NCBI GenBank assembly: GCA_003021685.1
Contig: PXRO01000006.1
Coordinates: 6,377 to 70,376, forward strand
Length of the DNA: 64,000 nucleotides
Origin: Halobacteriales archaeon QS_4_62_28
GTDB taxonomy: Archaea; Halobacteriota; Halobacteria; Halobacteriales; Haloarculaceae
Reading direction: 5' to 3'
How positions within the stretch are numbered: the first letter of the stretch is position 1; every line of letters starts with the position of its first letter. The notes beneath the pieces are model-generated. The model did not search any database. It was not told where the DNA came from and saw only the letters and a program-made list of their open reading frames with translations. Both the position numbers and the translations under genes were made by a program. This document shows positions 1 to 10,294 of this stretch, one piece after another.

Positions 1-690
1 TTTCGCGCACCGGTCCAGGTCCTCGACGAGTACCGGGAACACGGCGAACTGGGCACCGTTTCCCACGTCGAAGCAGACTACATTCGCCGGCGCGGGATCC
101 CCGGCCGCGGCAGCTGGTTCACCCGGAAAGCGGTCTCCGGTGGCGGCGCTGTCATCGACATCGGTACCCACGCAATCGACATCGGACTCCACCTCATGGG
201 CTTCCCGGACGTCGAGGAAGTTTCGGCCACGACGCGGGCGCAGTTCGGCGAGGAAGACGACTACACCTACCTGAATATGTGGGGCCTCGATCAGGGAGTC
301 GATGGCTTCGACGTTGAGGACTCCGCGACAGCGTTCGTCCGGTGTGCCGACGGTAAGACGCTCTCGCTGGAAGTCGCGTGGGCCAGCAACCGCTATCCGA
401 GCCAGGAACTCGTCGTCCGTGGGGACGAAGCGGGCGCACATCTCGATATGGCCGCCGACTCCCTGACGGTGCTCGATACATCCGCAGCCGGCGAGAGCCA
501 TCACCGCGATACCGAAATCGTGACCGACGGCGAGGAGGCTCACGGAACTGAACAGGAGTACTTCCTCGAACACGTCGCGAGCGGCGAAGCCCCCGAGATG
601 AACACTGTCGAACAGGGCCTGGCTGTCCAGCGCGTGATGGATGCCATCTATCGCTCCAGCGAGACGGGCGAAGCAGTCTCGCTCGATTGA
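1..690 (+). CDS. Gfo/Idh/MocA family oxidoreductase (5' end outside window)
   Basis: Frame open from base 1: ...YIRRRGIPGRGSWFTRKAVSGGGAVIDIGTHAID..., the GGG-x-x-D-x-G-x-H motif of this family. Confidence 0.85.
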   Translation, partial: FRAPVQVLDEYREHGELGTVSHVEADYIRRRGIPGRGSWFTRKAVSGGGAVIDIGTHAIDIGLHLMGFPDVEEVSATTRAQFGEEDDYTYLNMWGLDQGVDGFDVEDSATAFVRCADGKTLSLEVAWASNRYPSQELVVRGDEAGAHLDMAADSLTVLDTSAAGESHHRDTEIVTDGEEAHGTEQEYFLEHVASGEAPEMNTVEQGLAVQRVMDAIYRSSETGEAVSLD

Positions 691-736
691 AAGGAAGACT
701 TAATCGCCGGTGCTGTCAATTTTTGACTGAACTGGT

Positions 737-1813
737 ATGAAAGCGGTCGCCATTCATCGGGACAGCGATACGCCGGAACTCGTTGAAAAACCCCGACCGG
801 AACCAGAACACGGCGAGGCGCTCGTTCGGACACTCCGCGTCGGTGTCGATGGCACCGACCACGAGGTAGTCAGCGGTGGCCACGGGAGATTTCCCGACGG
901 CGCAGACCACATGGTACTCGGCCACGAGGCCGTCGGTGTCGTCGCAGACCCAAACGGCACGGGCCTCGACATCGGCCAGCATGTCGTCCCGACCGTCCGA
1001 CGCAAGCCAGACGGCCAGACGAACGACTACTTCCGCCGATCCGAAGCGGACATGGCTCCCGACGGCCAGTACGTCGAACGCGGAATCGTCGGCGCACATG
1101 GCTTCATGGCCGAGTACTTCACCAGTCCTGCCGACTTTCTCGTCGAGATTCCTGCGTCGCTCGCTCCATACGGCGTCTTCGTCGAACCACTCTCGAACAC
1201 CGAGAAGGCAATCGAGCACGCCTGGGCCGCTCGCTCGGCGTTCGAGTGGAACCCAGAGGCCGCAGCGGTGCTTGGCAACGGTCCCCTGGGACTTCTCACA
1301 CTCTGGCGACTGACCCAGACCGTCGACCGAACCTACTGCGTGGGTCGGCGGGACCGTCCGGACATCACGCTCGATTTCATCGACGAGGTTGGTTCGACGT
1401 ACGTCGATTCGCGGGAGACGCCGGTCGACGAGATTCCGGCGGCCCACGAAGTGGTCGATGTCGTCTACGAGGCGACGGGCTATGCGCCACACGCTTTCCA
1501 GTCCATCGAGGCGCTCGCGCCAAACGGCGTCGCCGCACTACTTGGCATCCCCGACTCCTGGACGTTCGAAATCGACGGCGGTGGGCTCCACACCGAACTC
1601 GTGCTCGACAACAAGTGTCTGATTGGCTCTGTCAACTCCGGGTACACCCACTTCGAGGCCGCCAGAGAGCGCCTCGAAGCGATGCCGACCGACCTGCTCG
1701 ACCACCTCATCACGACCGTGACAGGCCCCGAAAACGTCGCTCCGGCGTTCGTCGACGACGACGATCAGATCAAGGCCGTCGTGGCGTTCGGGGCTCCTCA
1801 GGCGGAAGACTGA
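737..1813 (+). CDS. gdh: Glucose 1-dehydrogenase (Zn-dependent medium-chain dehydrogenase, haloarchaeal type)
   Basis: GVDGTDHE and LGHEAVG zinc motifs, GNGPLG nucleotide-binding motif, ERGIVGAHGFMAEYF. Confidence 0.85.
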   Translation: MKAVAIHRDSDTPELVEKPRPEPEHGEALVRTLRVGVDGTDHEVVSGGHGRFPDGADHMVLGHEAVGVVADPNGTGLDIGQHVVPTVRRKPDGQTNDYFRRSEADMAPDGQYVERGIVGAHGFMAEYFTSPADFLVEIPASLAPYGVFVEPLSNTEKAIEHAWAARSAFEWNPEAAAVLGNGPLGLLTLWRLTQTVDRTYCVGRRDRPDITLDFIDEVGSTYVDSRETPVDEIPAAHEVVDVVYEATGYAPHAFQSIEALAPNGVAALLGIPDSWTFEIDGGGLHTELVLDNKCLIGSVNSGYTHFEAARERLEAMPTDLLDHLITTVTGPENVAPAFVDDDDQIKAVVAFGAPQAED

Positions 1814-1841
1814 TTTGGCCCGTCGGTCAACCGTTTCCCAC

Positions 1842-2894
1842 ATGCCCCGCGACGACCTCCGGAACGCACTGGAGCAGGTCATCACGGTGTTCGACCTCGG
1901 CGAGTACGAGGTGACCGCGTATCTGGCAGTGCTACAGCACGGGGAACTCTCCGCGTCCGAACTGTCCGAACACACCGACATTCCACAGCCACGCGTCTAC
2001 GACACCGTGCGAAGTCTGAGCGACGTGGGACTGGTCGAACTGAAAGACAGTCGACCGATGACGGTGCTCGCAATCGACCCGCGGGAGGCCTTCGAAGACG
2101 TCCAGTCGTCGCTGGACGATCTGGTCGATGACCTCTCGCGGCGCTACACTGCGCCGGCGCGCAAGCCCGAGGCCGTCTCGCTGGTCAAATCCCGCCCGAC
2201 GATTCTGCGGTATCTCGACGACATCATCGCCGCCGCCGAGTACGAACTGATGTTGTCGCTGACGCCGCGACTCCTCGACCGCTTCGAGGACAAACTCCGG
2301 CAGGTACACGACCGCGGTGTCGCCATCGAGATCGTCGTCTCGCCGGCATCGGAGGCCCCACCGGCTGGCGAGTTCGACTACACCTCGCTGGCGACGACGG
2401 TCAAAGGGCGGCGGGGGATCACTACGCCCGTCGTCGCCGTCGCCGACGGGAATTACTCGATGTATGCGACCCGTGAGAGCGTCCGGGGCAACAACGACCG
2501 GTACGGCGTCATCTTCAACCGCTCGGAACTCGGATTCTTGGTCTCTGGCTTCCTGAATACGGTGCTGTGGACCACGGCCGAGACCATCGTCGGGAACGGC
2601 GAGGACCTCGCGTTCCCGCGGCGCTACGGGACGATTCGGCGGTGCATCTCGGACCTGCAGGCCCTCGACGGGGATTTCTACGCGGCCATCGAGGGCCGGG
2701 ACGTGGCGACCGGCGATGCCCGTGTCGTGGAAGGGCGGATCAGCGAAGCCGAGTTCGGGCGCAATCGAGAGGTCGCGACCCTGACGATACAGACCGAGAA
2801 CGGACATGTCGCCGTCGGGGACCGTGTCGCCGCATACGAGGACATCGAGGCCTTCGAAATCAACGTCGGCCGCGGCGAACCGCCCCAGATGTAG
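1842..2894 (+). CDS. TrmB-family sugar-sensing transcriptional regulator
   Basis: N-terminal wHTH LGEYE...IPQPRVYDTVRSL plus sugar-binding C-terminal region; ATG 1842 chosen over TTG 1815. Confidence 0.85.
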   Translation: MPRDDLRNALEQVITVFDLGEYEVTAYLAVLQHGELSASELSEHTDIPQPRVYDTVRSLSDVGLVELKDSRPMTVLAIDPREAFEDVQSSLDDLVDDLSRRYTAPARKPEAVSLVKSRPTILRYLDDIIAAAEYELMLSLTPRLLDRFEDKLRQVHDRGVAIEIVVSPASEAPPAGEFDYTSLATTVKGRRGITTPVVAVADGNYSMYATRESVRGNNDRYGVIFNRSELGFLVSGFLNTVLWTTAETIVGNGEDLAFPRRYGTIRRCISDLQALDGDFYAAIEGRDVATGDARVVEGRISEAEFGRNREVATLTIQTENGHVAVGDRVAAYEDIEAFEINVGRGEPPQM

Positions 2895-2943
2895 CGCTCC
2901 AGTGGCATCTGTTAGCATAGCGCCCCAGTGGCGTCTGTTAGCG
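2892..2943. repeat. Two imperfect 26-bp tandem copies right after the trmB stop
   Basis: TAGCGCTCCAGTGGCATCTGTTAGCA / TAGCGCCCCAGTGGCGTCTGTTAGCG. Confidence 0.8.
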
Positions 2944-2954
2944 TGGCGGCCACT

Positions 2955-2970
2955 TTTTGGCTAACCTAAA
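2955..2970. promoter_or_regulatory. Putative DtxR/IdeR-type operator (1 mismatch)
   Basis: TTTTGG-CTAA-CCTAAA versus TTTAGG-N4-CCTAAA; ends 32 nt before ATG 3002. Confidence 0.6.
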
Positions 2971-3001
2971 GCTCAAGTCACTCCGGCAGAAATCACGGGT
3001 A

Positions 3002-3715
3002 ATGAGTCAGCAAGCAGTGTCTCCCGACGAGGAAGACACGTACACGTTCGACGACCTCACAGTCGTCATGGGGACGTACAACGAGGAGGCGGCCATCGGG
3101 ACAGTATTGAGCGATATCGACGCCGAAACCGACGGCCGGGCTAACGTGGTCTGCGTCGACGGCTCCAGCGACCGGACGCCAGAAATCGCCCGCGAGCACG
3201 GCGCGCACGTCATCGAACAGGAACCACAGGGGTACGGCGTCGCTGTCAGGGCGGCACTGCTCGCGGCAGATCGGCCTGTCCTCGTCACCACCGACTGCGA
3301 CGATACCTATCCGATGGACAGACTGGGTGATTTCCTCGACGGCATCAACGACGGTGCCGACGTGGTCAGTGGCGACCGTCTCTACGACGGTGCCGAGGCG
3401 ATGCCGGCGTTCAACCGCTTTGGCAATCACGCCTTCGCCTTGCTGGCGAGTGCGTTGAGTGGCCGGCGTGTCCACGACACGACCACGGGGATGCGTGCCT
3501 ACCGCCGGACGGTCATCCAGAAGATCGACTGGACGGAAAACACCGGCCTCTCCGCGGAGTTGCTCATCCGCCCGCTGCTGCGCGAGTACGACGTGCGCGA
3601 GACGCCAATCGCTTACGCCGAACGTGCTGGCGAGACGAAACTGGACCCGCTCTCGGGGGGCGCGGCCATCGCGAAATCCATCGTCACAGTCTGTCTGGAA
3701 GAACGCTTCCGGTAG
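3002..3715 (+). CDS. GT2 dolichyl-phosphate hexose transferase-like glycosyltransferase
   Basis: VVMGTYNEE, VDGSSDRT, GYG, TTDCDDTY (DxD), DTTTGMRAY, R-x-GE-TKL motifs of DPM1-like GT2. Confidence 0.85.
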   Translation: MSQQAVSPDEEDTYTFDDLTVVMGTYNEEAAIGTVLSDIDAETDGRANVVCVDGSSDRTPEIAREHGAHVIEQEPQGYGVAVRAALLAADRPVLVTTDCDDTYPMDRLGDFLDGINDGADVVSGDRLYDGAEAMPAFNRFGNHAFALLASALSGRRVHDTTTGMRAYRRTVIQKIDWTENTGLSAELLIRPLLREYDVRETPIAYAERAGETKLDPLSGGAAIAKSIVTVCLEERFR

Positions 3716-3757
3716 TACTACTGGCTCTCCTCCGGCGGTTGCTGATACAGCAGCCAT

Positions 3758-4288
3758 TCAATTGTTGCCGTAACTCCCGGTCCCGCCGGGGTGACCCTGT
3801 GGATTCTCTAACCCGACGAGTTTCCCACCAGTCGGTGACGTATACAGCGCGTACTGCAACTCGTTGACAAGGAGGTAGCGAACGCGCTCGTTGGCCCGTC
3901 CCTCGGGATCCGGATCCGCGGTATCGACGCTGAACTCCCGGAGTAGTGTATCTCGAACGGCTTCGTCGAGTTCGTGAAACGGGGCCGATTCCCACGTCTG
4001 TGCGTAGTCGTCGAGTTCGTCGAGTGCGTCTGCCATCCCGGTCCGGTGCTCGGGACGGTCACGGACTCGGCCGACGACGTACTGCTCGACGAACGATTCG
4101 ACGTTCGCCACTTCGTCCGGGTAGATCGTGTTCGCGAGTGCGTCGAGGGTCCGTCGCTGGCGGTGGCTGAATCCGTCTGTCTCCTCGTTCGAAAGGCGCT
4201 CCCAGGTGAGCGCACCAGCGCCGACGGTGACGCCGCTGGCCCCGAGTGCGATCAGTGCGTCCCGTCGCGTGAGTTCGTATTCTGTCAT
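3758..4288 (-). CDS. Tat-exported gluconate 2-dehydrogenase subunit 3-like protein
   Basis: LTRRDAL twin-arginine signal; TLDALANTIYP, FHELD...RDTLL, LYTSPTG...GHPGG; start overlaps upstream stop (ATGA). Confidence 0.65.
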   Translation of the reverse strand: MTEYELTRRDALIALGASGVTVGAGALTWERLSNEETDGFSHRQRRTLDALANTIYPDEVANVESFVEQYVVGRVRDRPEHRTGMADALDELDDYAQTWESAPFHELDEAVRDTLLREFSVDTADPDPEGRANERVRYLLVNELQYALYTSPTGGKLVGLENPQGHPGGTGSYGNN

Positions 4289-6279
4289 GATGCAGTGAGG
4301 TTCGTCTCGACATCGACACCGTCGATGTGGGCTCCGGGGACGTAGGCCGCTTGGCCACCACACTGGGTCGCGTCGCGACAGACCTCGACGTAAGGTGTCA
4401 GCGCCCGAACGGTCCCGTTCTCGTCGTCGACCGGGAGTTCGAACCGGTAGGTGAAACCGGCACCGGTCCCGTAATCGACGAAAGCCGAGATGAGCACTGT
4501 CTCCCGACCGGAGCGCGGGACGGTCACCGGCGTGACCCGTTCGCCGCTGATCGTCGCCGCCCCCTCCTCAACTGTCAGGTTCAGCGTCACTGTCCCGCTG
4601 GCCACCGCGTTGGTCGTCGTGTATTCACTCCCGTTGTCGCTCGCAAGCCTGACCGAGACGCTCTCTGCGAACTCCGGAACACCGAGCCTGATCGTTCCCC
4701 GAACGCTCTCGCCGCGGACGTGTTCGACGCGCTGGAGGCGCGGTTCGACAGTCTGACCGGCGGTCGGTGCCCACTCGCCGTTGTACGTGTACCGGTAGAT
4801 TTCCCGGTCGGGGAACTGATCGACCACAGCAAACTGGCGCTTTTCGAGCGCATAGACAGTTCCACTGTCGTACCCCGGATCGTTTCGGAGGGTCTGAAAC
4901 GGGTGGCCCAGCCAGTCGCCGTAGGGCGTCGGCAGGAAGACGAGGCTGTCGTCGAGCGAGTGCGATTCGACGGGCTGGTAGGCCTGTTCGTACCGTTCCG
5001 AGACAGCGTGGTTGTCCGCTAGCGGCGCGCTCGCCATCCCGACGCCCGCGCCACCGAAAACCAGCGAACAGACCACCAGGGCGGCGAGGACGTGTCGACT
5101 GGTGGTCCAGGATCGCCCCGCCAGGAACGTCTGGAGCCGGCTCCACGACGCTCGAAGTCCAACGGCACCGAACGCCGCCGTCGGCACGAGCAGGTCGGCG
5201 TGGTAGTACGGTCCCAGAAAGTGGATCAGGCCGTCGCCAGCCCGGTCCAGCGAACCCAGCGCGTTCAGCGTCCCCCAGAAGAAGAGATTGCCGACCGGAA
5301 CTGTCAGGAACAGGCCCGCAAGCGTCGCTTCCTTCGCCGTGATCCCTCGCCGGAGCGTCGCCACGAGGCCGACGAGAGCGGCGAGTGAGCCGAGTGCGCC
5401 CGCGACGACCCATTTCGTTGCCAGTACCCACAGTGCCTCGGCATTCGAGCGAAGCGCCAGTATGGGCGTGTACTGACGGCTGTAGCCCAGTATCTCACGG
5501 CGTCCGAAGCCGATGCCGTCCTGTGGCGCGAAGGCCTGATACGGGAACAGCAGCGGGTCGCCAGTGACGACTGCGTTGTACCCGAGTGTGAGGGCAACGC
5601 CGGCGAGGCCAACCGTTGCGATCACTCCTTGCCGGAGCACGACATGGCGCTCCAGCGTTCGGAGTGTCCAGCAGGCGTGGGCGATGAAGGGCAGTGCAAA
5701 GAGGACGGCAGTGTAGGGCCGCGAGAAGAAGGCGACCCCGACAGCGACACCAGCGAGGGCCGCAGTCCGGTAACTCTCGGTCTGGTCGGCATGGAGGTAT
5801 GCAACGGCAAAGCCGACATTCCATAGCGTGGTCGGAATATAGGGCAGAAACGCTGACGCGTTGACGACAAAGAGCGGGGACGCAAGTAGCAGTAGTCCCG
5901 CCAGCCGTCCGGTCGCCCGGTCGAAGACAGTCGAGACGAGGACGGCGGTGAGTGCAACGACGCCCGCCGCGACGAGTGCGAGTGTAATTCGGGGGCTCCC
6001 CAGTGCCATTCCGACGGCGAACATCGCCGCCGGCACGGGGGCGTACTTGGCGTAGAGTTGCCCACCGTCGTCGACGAAGAACCACGGACGAAACGATTCG
6101 GTGACGGGTGGGTCGAGAAATAACTGCCCCTCACGCAGCATGGCGGCCTGCTGGAGGTAGACGGCTTCGTCGTGATTCGGCGTGTAGTACGGGAAAATCT
6201 GAGTCGAGACGAACGAAACGACCAGCGCGGCGGCAACCGCCAGGCCGACTGCGGCGAGGCGGTGGCGGTGCTGTCTCAT
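4285..6279 (-). CDS. GT-C fold (ArnT/PMT-like) integral membrane glycosyltransferase with soluble C-terminal domain
   Basis: NHDEAVY acidic motif in first external loop, ~11-12 hydrophobic segments, 664 aa. Confidence 0.75.
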   Translation of the reverse strand: MRQHRHRLAAVGLAVAAALVVSFVSTQIFPYYTPNHDEAVYLQQAAMLREGQLFLDPPVTESFRPWFFVDDGGQLYAKYAPVPAAMFAVGMALGSPRITLALVAAGVVALTAVLVSTVFDRATGRLAGLLLLASPLFVVNASAFLPYIPTTLWNVGFAVAYLHADQTESYRTAALAGVAVGVAFFSRPYTAVLFALPFIAHACWTLRTLERHVVLRQGVIATVGLAGVALTLGYNAVVTGDPLLFPYQAFAPQDGIGFGRREILGYSRQYTPILALRSNAEALWVLATKWVVAGALGSLAALVGLVATLRRGITAKEATLAGLFLTVPVGNLFFWGTLNALGSLDRAGDGLIHFLGPYYHADLLVPTAAFGAVGLRASWSRLQTFLAGRSWTTSRHVLAALVVCSLVFGGAGVGMASAPLADNHAVSERYEQAYQPVESHSLDDSLVFLPTPYGDWLGHPFQTLRNDPGYDSGTVYALEKRQFAVVDQFPDREIYRYTYNGEWAPTAGQTVEPRLQRVEHVRGESVRGTIRLGVPEFAESVSVRLASDNGSEYTTTNAVASGTVTLNLTVEEGAATISGERVTPVTVPRSGRETVLISAFVDYGTGAGFTYRFELPVDDENGTVRALTPYVEVCRDATQCGGQAAYVPGAHIDGVDVETNLTAS

Positions 6280-6358
6280 AGTGACTGTTGTAAGTCTTCA
6301 CGGGATTGATCGCACGACGACGTGCGACCGATCCGGTAATCAGTTACAACAGTCACTA

Positions 6359-7489
6359 TCATTCTGTCGGGTACCAGGCCAGCGGATGGTCCGCAGTCAG
6401 GTCGATTTCGACCGGTTCGCCCGGTTTGAAGGATTCGCTGTGGTTGTGCAGACAGTGGACCACGTCGCCGCTGTGCAGTTTCACCCGGTAGACGAAGGAG
6501 GGACCGTTGTACTGGCGCTGAGTGACGTAGCCCTCCGCGGTCGATTCGGCGGTCGGAATCGCCCGGAGGTCGTCCGGTCTGACGAGCACGTCGACCGTCG
6601 CACCGTTGTATGCCTCGACAGGGCCATTGAGGCGATTGGTCTCGAACGTACCGATACCCGTCTCGATGGTGTCGTCGGTGACACGCCCCGAAAGGAAACT
6701 CGCCTGTCCCAGGAAACTCGCGACGAAGCGGGATTCAGGGTTCTCGAACACCTCGGCGGGGTCGCCGATCTGTTCGACGGCCCCGTCGTTCATGATGGCC
6801 ACGCGGTCCGAAATCGAGAGCGCTTCCTCCTGATCGTGGGTCACCGAAATCGCCGTGACACCCGCTCGCTTCAGTATCTCCCTGACCTCTTCGCGCATCT
6901 CGACGCGGAGGCGAACGTCGAGATTCGAGAACGGTTCGTCGAGCAACAGGACCTCTGGCTCGGGGGCCAGCGAGCGAGCGAGTGCGACCCGCTGTTGTTG
7001 ACCACCCGACAGTTGATTGGGCATCTTTTGGCGATGGCGCTCAAGCGAGACCAGTTCCAGCAGCTCGGACACGCGCTGGTCAGTTTCGCGTTCGTCTGCC
7101 TCGGCCAGCCCGAAGGCGATATTTTCCTCGACGTTCAGGTGTGGAAAGAGCGCATAGCTCTGAAAGACGATGCCGACGTTCCGTTCCTCGGGCTTGCGGA
7201 ACGTCGTCTCGTCGGCCACAACCTCGTTTCGTATACTGACCGTTCCCGTCGTCGGTCGTTCCAGTCCCGCGATCATGCGTAATGTCGTCGTCTTTCCACA
7301 GCCAGAGGGGCCGAGGAGTGTCAACAGTTCCCCGTCACGGACCGACAGTGTGAGTTCGTCGACGGCTGTTTCGGGACCGTAGGTCTTGCTGACACCGTCG
7401 AGTGCGAGCACCTCTGCAGAGGGGTCGTCGACGGCCGTCTCGACCGCGTCGAACGCCGCTGTCGTACCGATCTGGGTGTTATCCTGCAT
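6359..7489 (-). CDS. Fe3+-type ABC transporter ATP-binding subunit (FbpC-like)
   Basis: GPSGCGKT Walker A, LSGGQQQR signature, LLLDEP Walker B, VTHDQEEA, TOBE-like C-terminus. Confidence 0.9.
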   Translation of the reverse strand: MQDNTQIGTTAAFDAVETAVDDPSAEVLALDGVSKTYGPETAVDELTLSVRDGELLTLLGPSGCGKTTTLRMIAGLERPTTGTVSIRNEVVADETTFRKPEERNVGIVFQSYALFPHLNVEENIAFGLAEADERETDQRVSELLELVSLERHRQKMPNQLSGGQQQRVALARSLAPEPEVLLLDEPFSNLDVRLRVEMREEVREILKRAGVTAISVTHDQEEALSISDRVAIMNDGAVEQIGDPAEVFENPESRFVASFLGQASFLSGRVTDDTIETGIGTFETNRLNGPVEAYNGATVDVLVRPDDLRAIPTAESTAEGYVTQRQYNGPSFVYRVKLHSGDVVHCLHNHSESFKPGEPVEIDLTADHPLAWYPTE

Positions 7490-9104
7490 TGTATCGTTCA
7501 CGTCGTAGTATCACGACCATCGAGAGGCCAGAGACCACCACCAGCACCAGCGCCGGTATCGCCGCCCGTCCGTAGTAGCCCGCGTCCTGGACTTGCCAGA
7601 TGTAGGTTACGAAGGTTTCGAAACCCGGCGGGCGCAACATGAGCGTCGCCGGCAGTTCCTTCATCGTCGTCAGGAAGACAAGCGCCGCGCCAGCAGCGAT
7701 TCCCGGCGCGACGAGCGGCAAGACCACCTTTCGGAAGGCAGCGAGTGGCGAGTAGCCAAGCGACCGGGCGGCCTCGATATACCCTGGATCTATCTGCAAC
7801 AGCGAAGACTTGGTCGTCCCGACGGCCTGTGGCATGAACCGGACGACGTAGGCGAAGACGAGCAAGAGTACGCTCTGGTACACGAAGGGGAGGTATCGCA
7901 GACTCAGATACACGAGCGCGAGGCCAAGGACGACGCCGGGAACGGCGTAGCCGACGTAGCTCAGGCGGTCAGGGAGCGAACTGAGTCGCGAATCGCTCCG
8001 GGCAGCGAGGTAGGCAAGCGGAAGCGCAACGATGACACTGACCGCCGCGGCACCGGCAGCGACGCTCAGCGAATTCCAGGCGAAGGCGAGTTCGAAGGAC
8101 TGTCCGGTTGCGGAGTAGCCGATACCGCCCCTGATCAACCAGTGCAGGAGAATGCCGACGGGGAGTGCGAGTCCGAGCGTCGCAACGAGAGCACAGAAGA
8201 GGAGTGCTGGCGTTTTCAGCCGACCGAGCCTGATCTCGCCGGGCCGTCTTGATCGACGACTGATGTAGGCCCCGTCACGGCCGGCCTCGATGCGAGATTC
8301 GACGGCGAGGATACCAACAGCCATGACGAGCAACAGCCACGAGAGGACGGCGGCGTAGTCGATCCGGCGCGCGCCGAACTCGTTGTAGATCATCCGTGTG
8401 AACACGTCGTACTGCATGATCGCCGGCGTCCCGAAGTCAGAGAGCGTGTACAGTGCGACCAGCAAGGCTCCGGCGGCGATTCCAGGGGCGATCTGTGGCA
8501 GCGTCACTCGCCGAAACGCCTGCCAGCGCGTCTGATTCAGCGACCGTGCGGCCTCGACTGTCGTGCCATCGAAGGAAAGTAACGCCGCCCGCGTCGTCAG
8601 AAACACGTAAGGGTACGTAAAGAGCGTCAGGACGAGCGTCGCCCCCGGCAGTCCGTACATCGCCGGGATCTGTTTGATCCCGAGTGGAGCGAGGAGGTCG
8701 GCTAGGTGACCCCGTGGTCCGAACGCGGAGACGAACGCAAAGGCTCCGATGTAACTCGGCACGACCAGCGGCAAGGCGCTCGTCACGGTCCAGAACCGTC
8801 GAAAAGGGAGGTCCGTTTGGACCGTCAAGATCGCCAGCGGAACGCCAACGACGACTGACAGCGCCGTCACCGTCGCCACGAGCACGACAGTGTTGGCTGT
8901 CACTGTGACTGTCGTCGAACTGGTGACCAGTTCGACCGCGCGGGCGGGCTCGATCTCGACCGCCCTGAGGAACAGCCAGAGAAGCGGCGAGAGGACGAGG
9001 AAGGTGATTCCGACCGCGACCACTGAGAGCAATCCGGAGGCAGTCTGCTCTGTCGTTGCCCCCTCGGTTTGCTCTGCGACGCGGTCGTAATCACCAGTCG
9101 CCAT
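7479..9104 (-). CDS. Fe3+-type ABC transporter permease (FbpB-like)
   Basis: Two EAARSL(N/G) EAA loops, SDFGTP and KELPATL motifs; start MATGDY at 9104 overlaps SBP stop. Confidence 0.9.
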   Translation of the reverse strand: MATGDYDRVAEQTEGATTEQTASGLLSVVAVGITFLVLSPLLWLFLRAVEIEPARAVELVTSSTTVTVTANTVVLVATVTALSVVVGVPLAILTVQTDLPFRRFWTVTSALPLVVPSYIGAFAFVSAFGPRGHLADLLAPLGIKQIPAMYGLPGATLVLTLFTYPYVFLTTRAALLSFDGTTVEAARSLNQTRWQAFRRVTLPQIAPGIAAGALLVALYTLSDFGTPAIMQYDVFTRMIYNEFGARRIDYAAVLSWLLLVMAVGILAVESRIEAGRDGAYISRRSRRPGEIRLGRLKTPALLFCALVATLGLALPVGILLHWLIRGGIGYSATGQSFELAFAWNSLSVAAGAAAVSVIVALPLAYLAARSDSRLSSLPDRLSYVGYAVPGVVLGLALVYLSLRYLPFVYQSVLLLVFAYVVRFMPQAVGTTKSSLLQIDPGYIEAARSLGYSPLAAFRKVVLPLVAPGIAAGAALVFLTTMKELPATLMLRPPGFETFVTYIWQVQDAGYYGRAAIPALVLVVVSGLSMVVILRRERYNAG

Positions 9105-10288
9105 CAGAGTATTCCGACATCTCGGAGCATATCGACGGTGCCACCGAGGTCCGATAACTCGGTCAGGTCGATGTCTGGCGGGTTCAACTCGTTGATCGAC
9201 GGGAGACCACCGACGGGTTCGACGTCGTCGATCATCGGGTACGCAAAGGTCTGCGTGGCGAAGAACTCCTGTGCCTCCGCCGAGAGGACGTGCCGGATGA
9301 ACGTCTCTGCAAGGTCCTGGTTCTCCGTGCCATCGAGGATCTGTGCCCCCGACGCGTTGACCAGCGCGCCGGCGTCGCCCTCGGTGAAGGCGAGGTCGAC
9401 TGGGGCGTCCGAACGGTCGCTCTGGACGCGAATCGCGTAGTAGTGATTCGCGAAACCAGCAGCCACCTCGCCGTCGGCCGCACTGTTCGAGACGACGAAC
9501 TCGTTGTTGTAAGTGGTCACGCCGAGGTCCTGCATCGAGTTGAGCCACTCCCTGGCCGTGTCGTCGCCCTGAATGACTCGCATCGCCGTCACGAACGACT
9601 GGAACGCGCTGTAACTCGGTGCCCAGCCGAAGGAGTCCCGAAACGCCTCCGTGCCGGGGAACGCCTGGACCGAGGTCGGAACGTCACCCTCGGAGAGTTC
9701 GTTCGTGTTGTAGGAGACGGCCCGGGCGCGCCCGGCAAAGCCGATCCAGCGTCCCTCGCTGTCCTGGAAGTTACCACCGACAAGGTCGAGTGTCTCCGCG
9801 GGAAGCGACACCGCTGCGCCCTCGTTGGCGACGGCACCGAGTGCGCCCGCGTCGACTGCCATGAACACGTCGGCCGGCGTCGACCCGGCGCGGTTCTCCT
9901 CTGCGATCCGGTTTGCGAGGTTGCTCGCCGACTCACGCTGGTGTTCGACGGAAAAATCGGGGTAGATCTGTTCGAGTAGATCGATCAGTTCGAGGTAGAG
10001 ACCGCTCTCGCCGCCGCCCAGGTACATCGTCAACTCTCCCGAGAGGTCGGGGAGGTCCTCGATGCTCGTCCCGCCGGGCGCACCCCGCTGCTCGACGAGT
10101 GGGCTGGACCCACGGAAGTCTTCTACAGTCAGCTCGCTGCTCTCGCCCTCATTGCTCCCGAGGATGCTCGTACAGCCCGCGAGCGCGCCTGTCGCAAGCA
10201 GTCCACTCGTTGCCAGAAAACTACGACGCGACCGCTGTGATGACAGATTTCGACTCGGTTCGTCGTCGCCGTCTCGGTCCGTTCTCAT
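9104..10288 (-). CDS. Fe3+ ABC transporter substrate-binding lipoprotein (FbpA/FutA-like)
   Basis: SRRSFL Tat motif, LAGC lipobox, PADVF, NHYY di-tyrosine iron-ligand motif. Confidence 0.85.
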   Translation of the reverse strand: MRTDRDGDDEPSRNLSSQRSRRSFLATSGLLATGALAGCTSILGSNEGESSELTVEDFRGSSPLVEQRGAPGGTSIEDLPDLSGELTMYLGGGESGLYLELIDLLEQIYPDFSVEHQRESASNLANRIAEENRAGSTPADVFMAVDAGALGAVANEGAAVSLPAETLDLVGGNFQDSEGRWIGFAGRARAVSYNTNELSEGDVPTSVQAFPGTEAFRDSFGWAPSYSAFQSFVTAMRVIQGDDTAREWLNSMQDLGVTTYNNEFVVSNSAADGEVAAGFANHYYAIRVQSDRSDAPVDLAFTEGDAGALVNASGAQILDGTENQDLAETFIRHVLSAEAQEFFATQTFAYPMIDDVEPVGGLPSINELNPPDIDLTELSDLGGTVDMLRDVGIL

Positions 10289-10294
10289 TACGTA

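Noticed and set aside
9105-9548. N-terminal extension of the permease ORF (also extensions of thrC from 29631, pssA from 30124, spondin from 25389)
   Set aside because: They overlap neighbouring genes or promoters and are Arg-rich nonsense; downstream starts fit homolog motifs.
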